Source: a bacterium
GTDB taxonomy: Bacteria; UBA8248
Assembly: GCA_965204535.1 (NCBI GenBank)
Contig: OZ241996.1
Coordinates: 852,335-916,334, forward strand
Length of the DNA: 64,000 nucleotides
Direction: 5' to 3'
Shown: one piece after another, positions 18,153 to 27,947 of the stretch
Layout of the letters: the number at the start of each line of letters is the position of its first letter
Numbering within the stretch: position 1 is the first letter of the stretch
Made by a program: the position numbers and the translations under genes
Notes under the pieces: model-generated
What the model was told of the DNA's origin: nothing
Database searches by the model: none
What the model saw: only the letters and a program-made list of their open reading frames with translations

Positions 18153-19041
18153 TTTCCAAAACTCCTTCGACCGGGGATTCGCTACTGAAACGCTCCAGCA
18201 AACGTTCATATTCCTCCCAGTCCTCGTCAGGCACTTTCTCTTCGAGCCATTTCACACGCTCGGGAATGACGGCTCCATCATCGCCGCGAAACTCCATGGG
18301 AATTTGGCCGATGCGAACGTACCCGCGGGACAGGGCGTGGCCGGCCCGAGCAGAGTCGCCCGTAAAACTTTTCAGATATTTCTCGAATACATCGGAAGAG
18401 TGATCGATAAATCCGACCTCTTCGAACCCCCAACGCAAATCCTCGTGAGCAAGCATGTCGCCATCAGGATCGAGCTCCTTCGCCTTCCGGCTCACGAAGT
18501 CGCAGAAGGGGTTCGGCCATCCACCTCCGGTTATCAGGGCAGCGAACACATCTCTCCTGGCTATCGAATCTTCCTCAATGACGACAGGATCTTCTTGACT
18601 CTTGAGAAATAGATGCTCCGGTATGATTGCCTTCATGTCCCCGACTCGTCGTCGGCGGTCGGCGAGGCTCATTTCGGCGAGTAGGGTGAAGAATATCGGC
18701 GCCCCTTCAAGGATGAGACGCCATTCAACGCCATAACGCTCACATACCAAATCGTAGGCAAGCACCGTCCCGGCATCAAGATGTGCCGGAACTCGTCGAG
18801 CGGCGTTTTGCTGGAGTTCTGCGCCCCTCACTTCATCGGAGTCAGGCTCTTTGGAAAGAACATCAGCCTCGACCCGCAAAGCCTTGGCAATCAGCTTAAC
18901 CGTCTCTCCGCGCGGCTCACCCTTGCCGCTTTCCATCCGGGCAATGGTCTTTTTGGCCACGCCCGAAGCGTCAGCCAACGTCTGCTGGCTGAATCCTCTT
19001 TTGTTCCGCAACTTCTTCAAGGTTTCCGGGTTGATTTGCAT
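18145..19041 (-). CDS. XRE-family HTH protein with a long uncharacterised C-terminal domain
   Basis: The start is at MQINPETLKKLRNKRGFSQQTLADASGVAKKTIARMESG (ATG 19041, GGAG 6 nt upstream). About 230 aa beyond the HTH have no motif I recognise. Confidence 0.7.
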   Translation of the reverse strand: MQINPETLKKLRNKRGFSQQTLADASGVAKKTIARMESGKGEPRGETVKLIAKALRVEADVLSKEPDSDEVRGAELQQNAARRVPAHLDAGTVLAYDLVCERYGVEWRLILEGAPIFFTLLAEMSLADRRRRVGDMKAIIPEHLFLKSQEDPVVIEEDSIARRDVFAALITGGGWPNPFCDFVSRKAKELDPDGDMLAHEDLRWGFEEVGFIDHSSDVFEKYLKSFTGDSARAGHALSRGYVRIGQIPMEFRGDDGAVIPERVKWLEEKVPDEDWEEYERLLERFSSESPVEGVLENA

Positions 19042-19091
19042 TGGAATCTCCATGTTGAAATTTCGTATCTTCCTTGCTACCGAAAAATATA

Positions 19092-19129
19092 ACTCCATAA
19101 ATTAAGCTTATCAAGGCTAATTATGGAGT
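19092..19129. promoter_or_regulatory. inverted repeat actccataa-N20-ttatggagt upstream of the XRE gene (candidate operator)
   Basis: Read directly. It lies in the AT-rich region 50-90 nt upstream of the proposed XRE start. Confidence 0.4.
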
Positions 19130-19659
19130 AATTGGCTCATATATTGATGTATATTAAAGATAATATAATCAAATTAGGTGTATTTATGGGGACTATTTGA
19201 TCGCCGATAACTCAGGCGCCATCTCCAGACCAAATTGAGTGCGCCTGGGTGGTGTTGAATTCTCCCCCTGAGTGAGGAAATGATATGAACACCTCACGGT
19301 GATTTAGATTCGCGGTTCCTCGGGTACATGACCAATCCGATGTCTTGTCCGGTCATGGTGGAGGCGTGCGGCGGCTCGCAATACTGGGTGCGCCGGTACG
19401 GGCGGGGTTCTCCTGGAGTTGATGGTCAAACTCTTCATGAGCGGCAACTGTAACGATGCATAAGGCGCGCGCGCATTCAGTTCGGCTACGCAGTAGTCCG
19501 GAATTAAGGCATTTGCGGAAAAGAGCGAGGAAAAAGTTCGGGGAGTCAGCGACTCAACGATTATGCTACCGAAGGACAGAGGTTCGTTGAGCGGCATGGT
19601 TATGGGGTATGATGTCATGGTTCCATGGATGCGCCGCCATCATCAACACCGAAAGGTAG

Positions 19660-20625
19660 ATGATGAAGCCTAGACCCGCCTACAACCGTACGCCATCGCC
19701 TGAGTTGCAGGCGCTCCTGTCGAGGGGAGGATTTCTCGCGCCACTGCTTGTCCTTTCGAAGCGGAAAGTCGCGCGTTGCCGTCTCGATGTGCATCTGCGC
19801 CCAGACGATAAGGTAATCGTCTACTGCGGTCTCACCAAGCTTGTCGATATAAGTCTGAAAAACGGGATGCTACATGTTACGGCAGAAAGAACGTACACGA
19901 CGAAATCCTGCGCGGGGGATCTGTTCCGTGAGTGGGATACTCAGGAACCTGGCTTCGAGAAGACGCTAAACAACTACTTCGACAACGTGGACGTAGCCGC
20001 AGCGCAGACAGGGCGGGAGGGCGGCATACAGGCGCGCTGGTCGCGCGTCACGGAGCCCTGGATTCCCTTCGACCGCGATGCCGTGCTCGCCTACGAGTCC
20101 GAAACGGAAAAGGAAAAAGCCTTGGAGTTCAAGAAGGTCGACGAAGCATATGTTCAGCTGGGCGCCATCGTTGCATCCAAGCGGAAACTGCCCTCCCGGA
20201 AAAACCATTGGGCGAAGTTGCCGAAAAAGAAAAAGAGTAACGAGATTGACCAGATTGCGGTCGACCCGGAAGGCCGCCTGGTGATTGTCGAGCTAAAGGA
20301 CACATACGCCTCGGATGTTTACTACGCGCCGCTTCAGCTTCTGCAATACGTCTGGGAGTGGCACAATGCTCTCGGCATGGTGCGGGGTTCGCTGCAAAGG
20401 CTGATCGATGCCCGCGTGGCTCTTGGCCTGACGTCCGCCAATGTTCCCCGGATCACCGGCGGGATTCGCGCCGCCATCGGGTTTGGCGAAGATGACCGAA
20501 GCGAGGAAGTGAGGCATCGCTATGAACGAGTGCTGGCCGTCGTAAACGCCCACCTGCCGTCCGGTGTTTCTCCAATCGAGACCTGGAAGCTCTGGGTGAC
20601 AGGTTCGCCCGAGCTTATCGGTTGA
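19660..20625 (+). CDS. hypothetical protein with PD-(D/E)xK-like motif
   Basis: 321-aa ORF. The motif IDQIAVDPEGRLVIVELKD resembles a D...E-x-K nuclease core. Confidence 0.5.
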   Translation: MMKPRPAYNRTPSPELQALLSRGGFLAPLLVLSKRKVARCRLDVHLRPDDKVIVYCGLTKLVDISLKNGMLHVTAERTYTTKSCAGDLFREWDTQEPGFEKTLNNYFDNVDVAAAQTGREGGIQARWSRVTEPWIPFDRDAVLAYESETEKEKALEFKKVDEAYVQLGAIVASKRKLPSRKNHWAKLPKKKKSNEIDQIAVDPEGRLVIVELKDTYASDVYYAPLQLLQYVWEWHNALGMVRGSLQRLIDARVALGLTSANVPRITGGIRAAIGFGEDDRSEEVRHRYERVLAVVNAHLPSGVSPIETWKLWVTGSPELIG

Positions 20626-21026
20626 TGCAGTGTCGACTATTTGTGACGTTTTTTTTCGTATCGCGCCGATTGCTCCGGTCGAAACCGAACTTCATTCAGC
20701 TGGCAGCACCTTACTCCCGTTCGGGGTTGACCTCCCACGTTCGCCGGAAATCCTTTTCAAACCACCCGACATCAACCACATGTCGGTCTTGAGGCAGCGC
20801 TTCACGGCGAATGAAAACCGCATCGAGCGGCCATCGGGGTGAAGGCCCCTGCAATGACGACGGACGGCGGAAGACCGAATCCTGCGGGAGAGGAGAGAGG
20901 CGATGTTTTGCAGAAGGAAGCGGGAGGTGCGGGGGCGCCCCAACAAGCATCCGGCCGCATTTTGCGGGGCGCCCCGGGAAGGCCGCGAGTCTTAGCTTAC
21001 CCTGCGCTACGCGTTCTGAGGCGGGG

Positions 21027-21506
21027 ATGCAGTCCCTGGCCATCGACCGCTCGCTCTTCATCATGGCGATCGGTCGCGATGTCGACTACCACGATTCGCT
21101 GCCTCAAATCACATGGCTCGACCGGAGCACGGGAGACGTCCTCTGGCTCTACGAGTGCGACGAGGACGCGTTCTTCGAAGTCGGGATACCCGCAGAGGAG
21201 AACCGTGAGGAGCGCGAGCGCGTCGAGGCGGAGCCTGAGCGCTATCTGGAGATACCGGGCCTGGGTCACGGCGAACACCACGGGATACTCAGGGAGTTCC
21301 TGAGGTCCGGCTGGACCGGCGACGACGCGCGCCGTCGCCGTGCGGAAGCGGCGTATTCCGGCTCGATCGGCAGATGGATGAGGGAGGTCGGCGACGAGGA
21401 GGCCGTACGAGCCTTCCGTGAATACCGGGAGGCGCGAATCGCCGCGATGGCGGAAGAGTTCCTGCGGGAGAACGGCATCACCCCCGCGTGGGAATCTCCG
21501 GCCTGA
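21027..21506 (+). CDS. hypothetical acidic protein
   Basis: The start is taken at MQSLAID within ORF 20811-21506, because the upstream extension is low-complexity. No confident family call. Confidence 0.45.
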   Translation: MQSLAIDRSLFIMAIGRDVDYHDSLPQITWLDRSTGDVLWLYECDEDAFFEVGIPAEENREERERVEAEPERYLEIPGLGHGEHHGILREFLRSGWTGDDARRRRAEAAYSGSIGRWMREVGDEEAVRAFREYREARIAAMAEEFLRENGITPAWESPA

Positions 21507-21548
21507 GGCGTGGCCTGTTTTTATCGGAGCCTATCGCCTGTGATTGCC

Positions 21549-21865
21549 CTACCGAACCGCGCGCACTTTGAATCCAAGCGCCTCGCGCTCCTGGAGGCGG
21601 GCGATGACGCCGAACAGGTTCCTGGCATGTGGATTACCGTCAGGCCCGAACATGCGCATCAGGCTCTTCGGCGATTTCCCGGCCATGGCGCCCAGGGTCT
21701 CGAAGCCGACCGTCGCGTTGATGAAATCGCGGAGGGCCGCCTCGGCCGTTTCCACATCGACCGGGAAGAGGCATTCGACGCCTTCTTTCAGAAGCCCTGC
21801 CGGAGGGCCCGGTCGCTCCGAACCCTCGCCTGAATCGTTTCCCTGAAATCCCGTGTGAGTGGCAT
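21549..21865 (-). pseudogene. HTH antitoxin-like transcriptional regulator with a single-nucleotide frameshift
   Basis: The N-terminal piece MPLTRDFRETIQARVRSDRALRQGF stops at 21788. Hand translation of the next frame continues LLKEGVECLFPVDVETAEAALRDFINATVGFETLGAMAGKSPKSLMRMFGPDGNP. This is consistent with a 1-nt loss near 21790-21795. Confidence 0.55.
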
Positions 21866-22131
21866 GGTCAGGTCTTTCTGTGCCGGCGGCGAGTCGGCGC
21901 GATGATTGCGATAGCTATAACGGATGGTGGAATACACGATTGGCAGCACGCCGAATACGCGCAATACATGCCACTCTTTCCATGTTGCGGTACCTGAGGG
22001 GCAACCCGCGGCGAATGAGCGGAACACACCCTCGAACAGAGCCGGAAAGAACTCCCCCGTCGCAAGTAAACCTCCGCCGCCGCCACCGAAGAAGAGGTCA
22101 GGTCACCGTTTCATGGGCTAGCGGCTGGTTT

Positions 22132-22758
22132 TCAGTCCGCTTGGGAAATATTTATCATGAGGTACCGGAACCACCCGTACTTGTCGCTTGGAATGAGAGA
22201 ATAGTTGCGCCAATGAAGTTGGTATTGCCCATTTATGTTCAAGGTCGTTTCGCGACCCTCGTAAGAACCCTCACCGGCATTTAGACCCCACTTCAGCGAA
22301 CCATTCAGCAAGCGGCCTTCCGTCAGCCTGAAGTCCTCGTATATCGTTTTCCGTTTGCGTGGTTCGTTCCAGTACACTGGGTCATTGGACAACAGGATTG
22401 CAATTGCCGTGATTTGTGAGTCGTGTTTGGCAAGTTTCTCCAGCCATTCCACATCTTCGATGAAATCATAGCCTCTTTGATCTCGCGCACCCTGATTTGA
22501 AAGCGCGAACCGCTCGCCATTAACAGTCGTAATGAATTTTCGGACGAAATATCTCAACTCTATGGCGAAGACGCTTCCATTGACGACAAACTTGATATCC
22601 GGGGATTTCCCCTCAAAATTCAAATCCCGAGGAATTTCCAAGTTTGGATGTATCTCATGCAGCACCTGCTCAAACGCGCCCCTGAAATCGTCTTGATCGT
22701 GAAAAACCGGTTGCTGTGTCCAGAGGGCGGTCATTAAGTTTTGGGGGTCGAATAACAC
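22132..22758 (-). CDS. hypothetical protein (low-GC), possible nuclease fold
   Basis: 208-aa ORF with the motif PDIKFVVNGSVFAIELRYF. It lies immediately downstream of the ankyrin gene on the same strand. Confidence 0.5.
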   Translation of the reverse strand: MLFDPQNLMTALWTQQPVFHDQDDFRGAFEQVLHEIHPNLEIPRDLNFEGKSPDIKFVVNGSVFAIELRYFVRKFITTVNGERFALSNQGARDQRGYDFIEDVEWLEKLAKHDSQITAIAILLSNDPVYWNEPRKRKTIYEDFRLTEGRLLNGSLKWGLNAGEGSYEGRETTLNINGQYQLHWRNYSLIPSDKYGWFRYLMINISQAD

Positions 22759-22830
22759 GCTCCTGCCTTCCTTGGAAAAATTAGCATTTGCGACCAGGCA
22801 AGCCTGGGAGAAAACATATTCAGGAATGAG

Positions 22831-23823
22831 CTAAAAGGTGGAAGTTTCTCCACCTATTCGTTTTTTCCTTTTAACCGGAGTCTTGAATCTTTCTTCATTC
22901 AATCGCCAATAAAGATCCGTTCCCCTGATTGCAGCGTTTTGTTTCGCATAATCCCATGGTGTTTTACCTTTTCTGTCCATTGCAGCAGGATCCGCTCCGG
23001 CATCCAGCAATGTGGTTACAACCTCTGGCGTTTTGCTGAACCGTGTCGCAATGTGCAGGGGAGTCGATCCAGAGTTGTCCCTCGCGCTTAAATCGCTCCA
23101 GGCCTTCAGGAGAGTTGTCACAACGGCTGGGGCTTCGCTTTTCGCCGCCGCGTAGTGCAAGGGAGTCCACCCGTCTTTGTCCCGCGAATCTATTTTGGCT
23201 CCAGCCTTCAGAAGCGCCTCTACAACCGAAGGTGATTTGCTGTACTTGGCAGCTCGGTTTGAGGCTATGGATTGTTTGTTGTTTCGTTTTTTCGGGTTGG
23301 TTTTAGCCTTCAGACGTTCATTTTCCGCTTTCACGACAGCGATCATGGCCTCGAGTTGGGCGAGTATGAGCGCCTGTGCTTTACTGTCTCCCGCCGCAAG
23401 ATGTAGAGGAGTCGCTCCGTTTTCATCTCGGATGTTCACATTCGCCCCGCCCTTGATCAAGGTCGTCACGATCTCGGGGATTTTATTATCTCGTGCTGCA
23501 TAGTGGAGAGGTGTGCGGCCGGAGCTATCTCGCACATTCATTTTTGTTCCAGCCTTGATTACTAGTGCTACGACTGCTGCGGATTTACCGTACCGCGCCG
23601 AATAGTGGAGAGGTGTCCATCCTTCTTTATTTCTTGCGTTTGGGTTTTTTGTTTTCAGACAACGGGAAATATCAGCCGCGTCAGCGCGCTGGAAAAACCT
23701 GCCCGTGTTCCAGTCATCACATGAAACCTCCGCCGCCAATCCGGACATCGCGCCCATAGACACAACGAGCCACACGGAAAATCCCATAAAAAAAACTCTG
23801 AAGAGTCTATTTAGTGGAATCAT
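22831..23823 (-). CDS. secreted ankyrin-repeat protein
   Basis: The start is at MIPLNRLFRVFFMGFSVWLVVSMGAMSGLAA (ATG 23823, RBS AGGAG), which includes the signal peptide. Several ANK repeats are present (TPLHYAAR..., TPLHLAA..., TPLHIATR...). Confidence 0.8.
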   Translation of the reverse strand: MIPLNRLFRVFFMGFSVWLVVSMGAMSGLAAEVSCDDWNTGRFFQRADAADISRCLKTKNPNARNKEGWTPLHYSARYGKSAAVVALVIKAGTKMNVRDSSGRTPLHYAARDNKIPEIVTTLIKGGANVNIRDENGATPLHLAAGDSKAQALILAQLEAMIAVVKAENERLKAKTNPKKRNNKQSIASNRAAKYSKSPSVVEALLKAGAKIDSRDKDGWTPLHYAAAKSEAPAVVTTLLKAWSDLSARDNSGSTPLHIATRFSKTPEVVTTLLDAGADPAAMDRKGKTPWDYAKQNAAIRGTDLYWRLNEERFKTPVKRKKRIGGETSTF

Positions 23824-24507
23824 TATTATCTCCTTTTTCACCCCCTCTTCCACTTCACAAAATCGAGCCACCAGGTCTCTCTCATCGCGTTCTTGAAGTT
23901 CGGCTTCATGGCGGCGCTGCGGGGGGTGCCGTAGGCGGTTTCCTCTCAGGCGTCCGTGGTCGGGATGGTCGGGTCTTCCATGTCGTAGAGTGCGATGATG
24001 CGCCACGCGCCCGTGCGGGTCTCTTGTAGCCCCGCCTCCGTCGTCGCCCCGTCCGTGGCGGCGGTCTCCAACTGATTCACACGCCCGCGTTTGGCACGAG
24101 ATACCGAATATCCATAAAATAACAAAACCCCGCGCAAACGTCATCCAAACGGGATTTTTGAAAAAGTCCTTGCCAAGGAAGCAACCCCCCTGTACCCCTT
24201 TCAGGGGGACTTTTCTTCCTCCCCCTCCTCTTAATACCGACCAACCATCCGGCGACGTCTGTGGTCATAACGCCTGTCGCCCCGATAAACAAAAAATCGT
24301 CTGTATGCGCAGGCGGATTGCGGAGCTTGAACCCTCCGGCGAATCGGAATATCATCGCCATGCTCTCCTAGACGCAGACATGCAATGTCGTGTTCATGAC
24401 CGGGTCGTCGTGTTGCGATAGTGTTGACAACCATTCTTCAGTGAATTCCTTGATCGAATAAAACAAATATATTTAGTAGCTTATAGGCTTATCGAATTTT
24501 TGAAAAC

Positions 24508-24756
24508 ATGTTCGAGAAGCACGCGAAGAAGGGCCGCCTGGTCTACGTCGCGGGCAAGCTGCAGACCCGCCGCTGGAAGAAGGACGAGGAGGACTCCGAT
24601 CGGTTCTCGACCGAGATACTGATCGCCCCGGGCGGGCGCGTCCAGTTCCTCGACAAGGTGAACGGGAACGGCAATGGCAACGGTAACGGCGCGCACGCCG
24701 AGACGACGGACGTGGCGGCGACCGCCGGCGTAGTGGGCGAAGACATCCCGTTCTGA
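24508..24756 (+). pseudogene. ssb: 5'-truncated ssb remnant
   Basis: It encodes only the C-terminal 82 aa (MFEKHAKKGRLVYVAGKLQTRRW...(NG)5...EDIPF), matching the C-terminal half of the ssb at 9427-9867. Homology stops abruptly at about 24506 against AT-rich DNA. Confidence 0.8.
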
Positions 24757-24763
24757 GTGCTTC

Positions 24764-24800
24764 ATGGGCCGGCGCCTCGCGCGTCGGCCCATTCTTTTTG
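24764..24800 (+). terminator. rho-independent terminator after the ssb remnant
   Basis: The stem atgggccg / cggcccat is followed by tctttttg. Confidence 0.6.
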
Positions 24801-25179
24801 CTCCCGACCCGGAGGAAGCCTTCCCTGGTTCGATGAGAGAGGTGAACGCCCGCCCAGGATGCGAGAGAGGCTCGTCTGCTCTTATCAGTGGCATTAGCTC
24901 TTCCTGCGTGATGTCCCATCGTGCCACACGTGCTCGCTGCGCCAACCCCTGCGGGGTCCTCCACTGCGTTCCGGCCATGACTCGCAAGGCGGGAGCGCCG
25001 TCGCGGAAAGCACGCGGCCGAGGCTCCGCGCTCGCAGGCTCGCTTGTGCGCCCGCACCACCCGCGCACTCCCCGCGACGGGCCTTGCGGCCATGGTGGCT
25101 TTGCTGCGCGCGCGTGGAACGGATGGGCATCACGTTCGGAGGCTGGCTCCGGGCGAACGACTTCCAAAAGGAGAGAATC

Positions 25180-26100
25180 ATGCACGACATCCACGATCAC
25201 GAAGCACGGAACGAATCCTTCACCGCCATGGTATGCGAGCAGGCGCAGCTGTTCGGCGCGACCCCGGGGCCGGACGAGTTCGACAACCGGCCCGTATGGG
25301 GCGAGGCCGAAGCCACCGCCGCCGTCCTCAAGGCATTCCACCTGCTCGCCGAGGCAGCACCCGACGGAACGCAACTCGCCGATGAGCGGGCGAGCCTGTT
25401 GTGGGGCTTCGTCAACACCCTCGACGCCCAGACACAGCGGCTCGACCGCGCCGCCGACAAGCTCATCCCCGGCATCCGTGAAATGCAGCGCGAGCAGGAC
25501 GGCTCCGAGATCAGATCGCGCGAACTCGAACTCGCCACCGACCGGGCCGAGAACCTCACCGCCCGCCGCGACGCCTTCGAAGGACTGCGCGACACGGCCG
25601 CCGAGGCCTACCGCGTCGAGACCGGCGAGGTATGGCGGCCCAGGAGAGGATCGCACGTCAGCCAGACCGGCAAGCTCACGTCGGCGGTGATCGAGGCGCG
25701 TGACTTCCAGCGTGCGAAAAAGGACCGCGAGAACACGGCCCACCTCCCCCAGGGAACGCTCGTCGCCGTCGCGGGAGGCAAGGAAGCCACCGACGCCGGC
25801 AAGATCATCGGCCAGCTCGACAAGCTGAAAGCCAAGTACGCCGACGTCGTCCTCGTCCACGGCGGCGGCCCGGGTGCGGAGAAGGTCGCGGCAGGCTGGG
25901 CCGAGCGGAACGGCGTCCACCAGATCGTCTGCAAGCCCGACTGGGACGCCCACGGTCGGGCCGCTCCCTTCAGGCGCAACGACGAACTGCTCTCCCTCCT
26001 CCCCAAGGGCGTGATCGCGTTCCCGGGTTCGGGCATCACCGACAACCTCGTCGACAAGGCCCGCACCCTCGGCATCCCCGTGCAACGCGTGGCCGCCTGA
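25180..26100 (+). CDS. DUF2493 domain protein (paralog of 6045-6965)
   Basis: The start is at MHDIHDHEA (ATG 25180, RBS AAGGAGAG). It is about 95% identical by eye to the left copy. Confidence 0.8.
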   Translation: MHDIHDHEARNESFTAMVCEQAQLFGATPGPDEFDNRPVWGEAEATAAVLKAFHLLAEAAPDGTQLADERASLLWGFVNTLDAQTQRLDRAADKLIPGIREMQREQDGSEIRSRELELATDRAENLTARRDAFEGLRDTAAEAYRVETGEVWRPRRGSHVSQTGKLTSAVIEARDFQRAKKDRENTAHLPQGTLVAVAGGKEATDAGKIIGQLDKLKAKYADVVLVHGGGPGAEKVAAGWAERNGVHQIVCKPDWDAHGRAAPFRRNDELLSLLPKGVIAFPGSGITDNLVDKARTLGIPVQRVAA

Positions 26101-26132
26101 TGTGAACACTTCTCGGGTCGCGTCGCCACCCC

Positions 26133-27947
26133 GGAGACTGTGAAAGTATTCCCACGATTCTGGTGGGTGACGCTGGCGAGCGATGCCCGGGTTGTCTGTA
26201 CATGCTATCTTTACCGGTGAGTGAGATAACCACATAAAGGGTCACCACCATGTCCGAGAGACGTTATCAGGAGGTGCAGTCCCGAAGCCAGATGATGCTG
26301 CTTCCGCCGTGTCTGGACGACTACGTGTCCGAGCACAATGCGGTGCGCGCGATCGATGCGTTCGTCGGCACGCTGGACCTGGAGGCGCTGGGGTTCGCGC
26401 ATGCCGAAGCGAACTGCGGCGCCGGTCAGCCGGCTTTCGACCCGGCGCTGCTGCTGAAGCTGTATCTGTACGGCTACCAGCACCGGGTACGGAGTTCGCG
26501 CCGTCTCGAAGCGGAGACGCGGCGCAATCTGGAAGTGATCTGGCTGTGCCAGGGTGCGACGCCGAGCTACAAGACGATTGCGGATTTTCGCAAGAACAAT
26601 GTGGCTGCGCTGCAGGAGGCCAACCGGGAGTTCGTGCTGCTGTGCCGCGAACTCTCGCTGCTGGGCGGCAGCCGGGTGGCGGTCGACGGGACTTTTTTGA
26701 AGGCCGATGCGAACCTGGACAGCTTCCAAACCAAGCGGTCCCTGGCAAGGGACCTGAGGCGTTTGGAGAAGAGGATTGCGGCGTATCACCGGCAGTTGGA
26801 CGAGGCGGATGCGCGCGGGGAGGAGTGTGGGGACGGTTCGGAGGATCCGGACCTGCCGGTGAAGCTCAAGGCCTTGATCGAGAGGCAACAAAAGAAGAAG
26901 GCACTGCAAGAGCATTTGCAGGAAAGCGGAGAGCGTCAGGTATCGGGGGTCGATGCAGATGCTCGACTTCTGAGGAACGGCGATATAATGGTGGGCGGAT
27001 ACAACTGCCAGATCGCGGTGGACGACAAGCACAAGCTGATTGTCGCGGAGGATGTGGTGCAGGACGGCAATGACTCCGCTCAGTTGGAGCCGATGATGAC
27101 GAAAGCCGGCGAAGCCATGGGCAGCGAACGCCTGGTCGGCCTGGCGGATTCGGGCTACTTCAACGGCGCACAGTTGAAGAGTTGCGAAGACAAGGGAATG
27201 GAGGTGTATGTTCCGATACCGAACCAGACGGCCCGCAAGGGCAAGGACGGACGATTCGGCAGCGATGAATTCCGTTACGATGCGCAGGATGACACGTATG
27301 TCTGTCCGGCCGGAGAGCGTCTGGTTCGAGGCGGCACGACCACCGTCAGGGGCAGGCTGTATTACTTTTATCGCGGGACGGCGGCGGTTTGCCGGGACTG
27401 TTCGTTGTCGGGCCGATGCCTGACAAAGTCGAGATCGACGCGCAGGATACAACGCTGGGAGCATGAGGACGTGGTGGACCGGCATCGCAAGAAGATGAAC
27501 GCCCGTGTGCCATTGATGCGCGGGCGAAGCACACTCGTCGAACATCCATTCGGTACGATCAAGCGCTGGGCGGGGATGGATCATTTTGTGATGCGCGGAC
27601 TCGGCAAATGCCGCGGCGAATTCAGCCTGATGACGCTGGGTTACAACTTCAAGCGGGTCATGCGTGTGCTGGGCGGAGCTGCATTTGTGGAGCATTGTCT
27701 GCAAAAACAGCGGTTGGGGACGAATGGCGTGTGAACTTGAAGCCGATTCTTCGAGGACTTGACCGCGACCCCGAGCTGACCGGCCGCCGAGACGTTTCTC
27801 TCCCGGCTCTGCGGTGTTGTTGCTCCCGAAGTTGAAGACAGTGTCCGGCCATCGGGCTGCAAGCGTAAGCGAGCCCTGTTCCGGAGACTGTGAAATCCAA
27901 TACTCGAAGCATGGGCAGCGAACGCCTGGTCGGGCCTCACAGTCTCC
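26133..27947 (+). mobile_element. IS1182-family insertion sequence (right end rearranged; boundary tentative)
   Basis: The left end ggagactgtg (26133-26142) is matched in inverse by cacagtctcc at 27938-27947, and again at 27996-28005. The uninterrupted target can be inferred from the homologous left copy. Confidence 0.55.
26250..27734 (+). CDS. IS1182-family DDE transposase
   Basis: The N-terminal motif is PAFDPALLLKLYLYGYQHRVRSSRRLEAETRRNLEVIWLC. A central coiled coil follows, then the DDE region AVDGTF...LADSGYF...HPFGTIK. Confidence 0.85.
   Translation: MSERRYQEVQSRSQMMLLPPCLDDYVSEHNAVRAIDAFVGTLDLEALGFAHAEANCGAGQPAFDPALLLKLYLYGYQHRVRSSRRLEAETRRNLEVIWLCQGATPSYKTIADFRKNNVAALQEANREFVLLCRELSLLGGSRVAVDGTFLKADANLDSFQTKRSLARDLRRLEKRIAAYHRQLDEADARGEECGDGSEDPDLPVKLKALIERQQKKKALQEHLQESGERQVSGVDADARLLRNGDIMVGGYNCQIAVDDKHKLIVAEDVVQDGNDSAQLEPMMTKAGEAMGSERLVGLADSGYFNGAQLKSCEDKGMEVYVPIPNQTARKGKDGRFGSDEFRYDAQDDTYVCPAGERLVRGGTTTVRGRLYYFYRGTAAVCRDCSLSGRCLTKSRSTRRIQRWEHEDVVDRHRKKMNARVPLMRGRSTLVEHPFGTIKRWAGMDHFVMRGLGKCRGEFSLMTLGYNFKRVMRVLGGAAFVEHCLQKQRLGTNGV

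Noticed and set aside
17748-18188. 146-aa plus-strand ORF
   Set aside because: It is antisense to the DUF4258-like gene, which is translationally coupled to the XRE gene on the minus strand.
19304-19618. 104-aa minus-strand ORF divergent from the 19660 gene
   Set aside because: Only about 40 nt separate it from the divergent gene. It has no RBS, its C-terminal half is low-complexity, and it has no motif. The evidence is insufficient.
23946-24137. 63-aa minus-strand ORF ending ...WRIIALYDMEDPTIPTTDA in a GC-rich patch
   Set aside because: It looks like the C-terminal scrap of a real protein, but it has no start context and no recognisable family. It is possibly a gene remnant and is not reported as a feature.
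24481-26235. 584-aa minus-strand ORF (and its left-copy counterpart 5907-6749 +)
   Set aside because: It is antisense to the DUF2493 genes. It has no RBS or motifs and a low-complexity composition.
26211-27704. 497-aa minus-strand ORF
   Set aside because: It is antisense to the IS1182-family transposase, whose own frame carries the family motifs.
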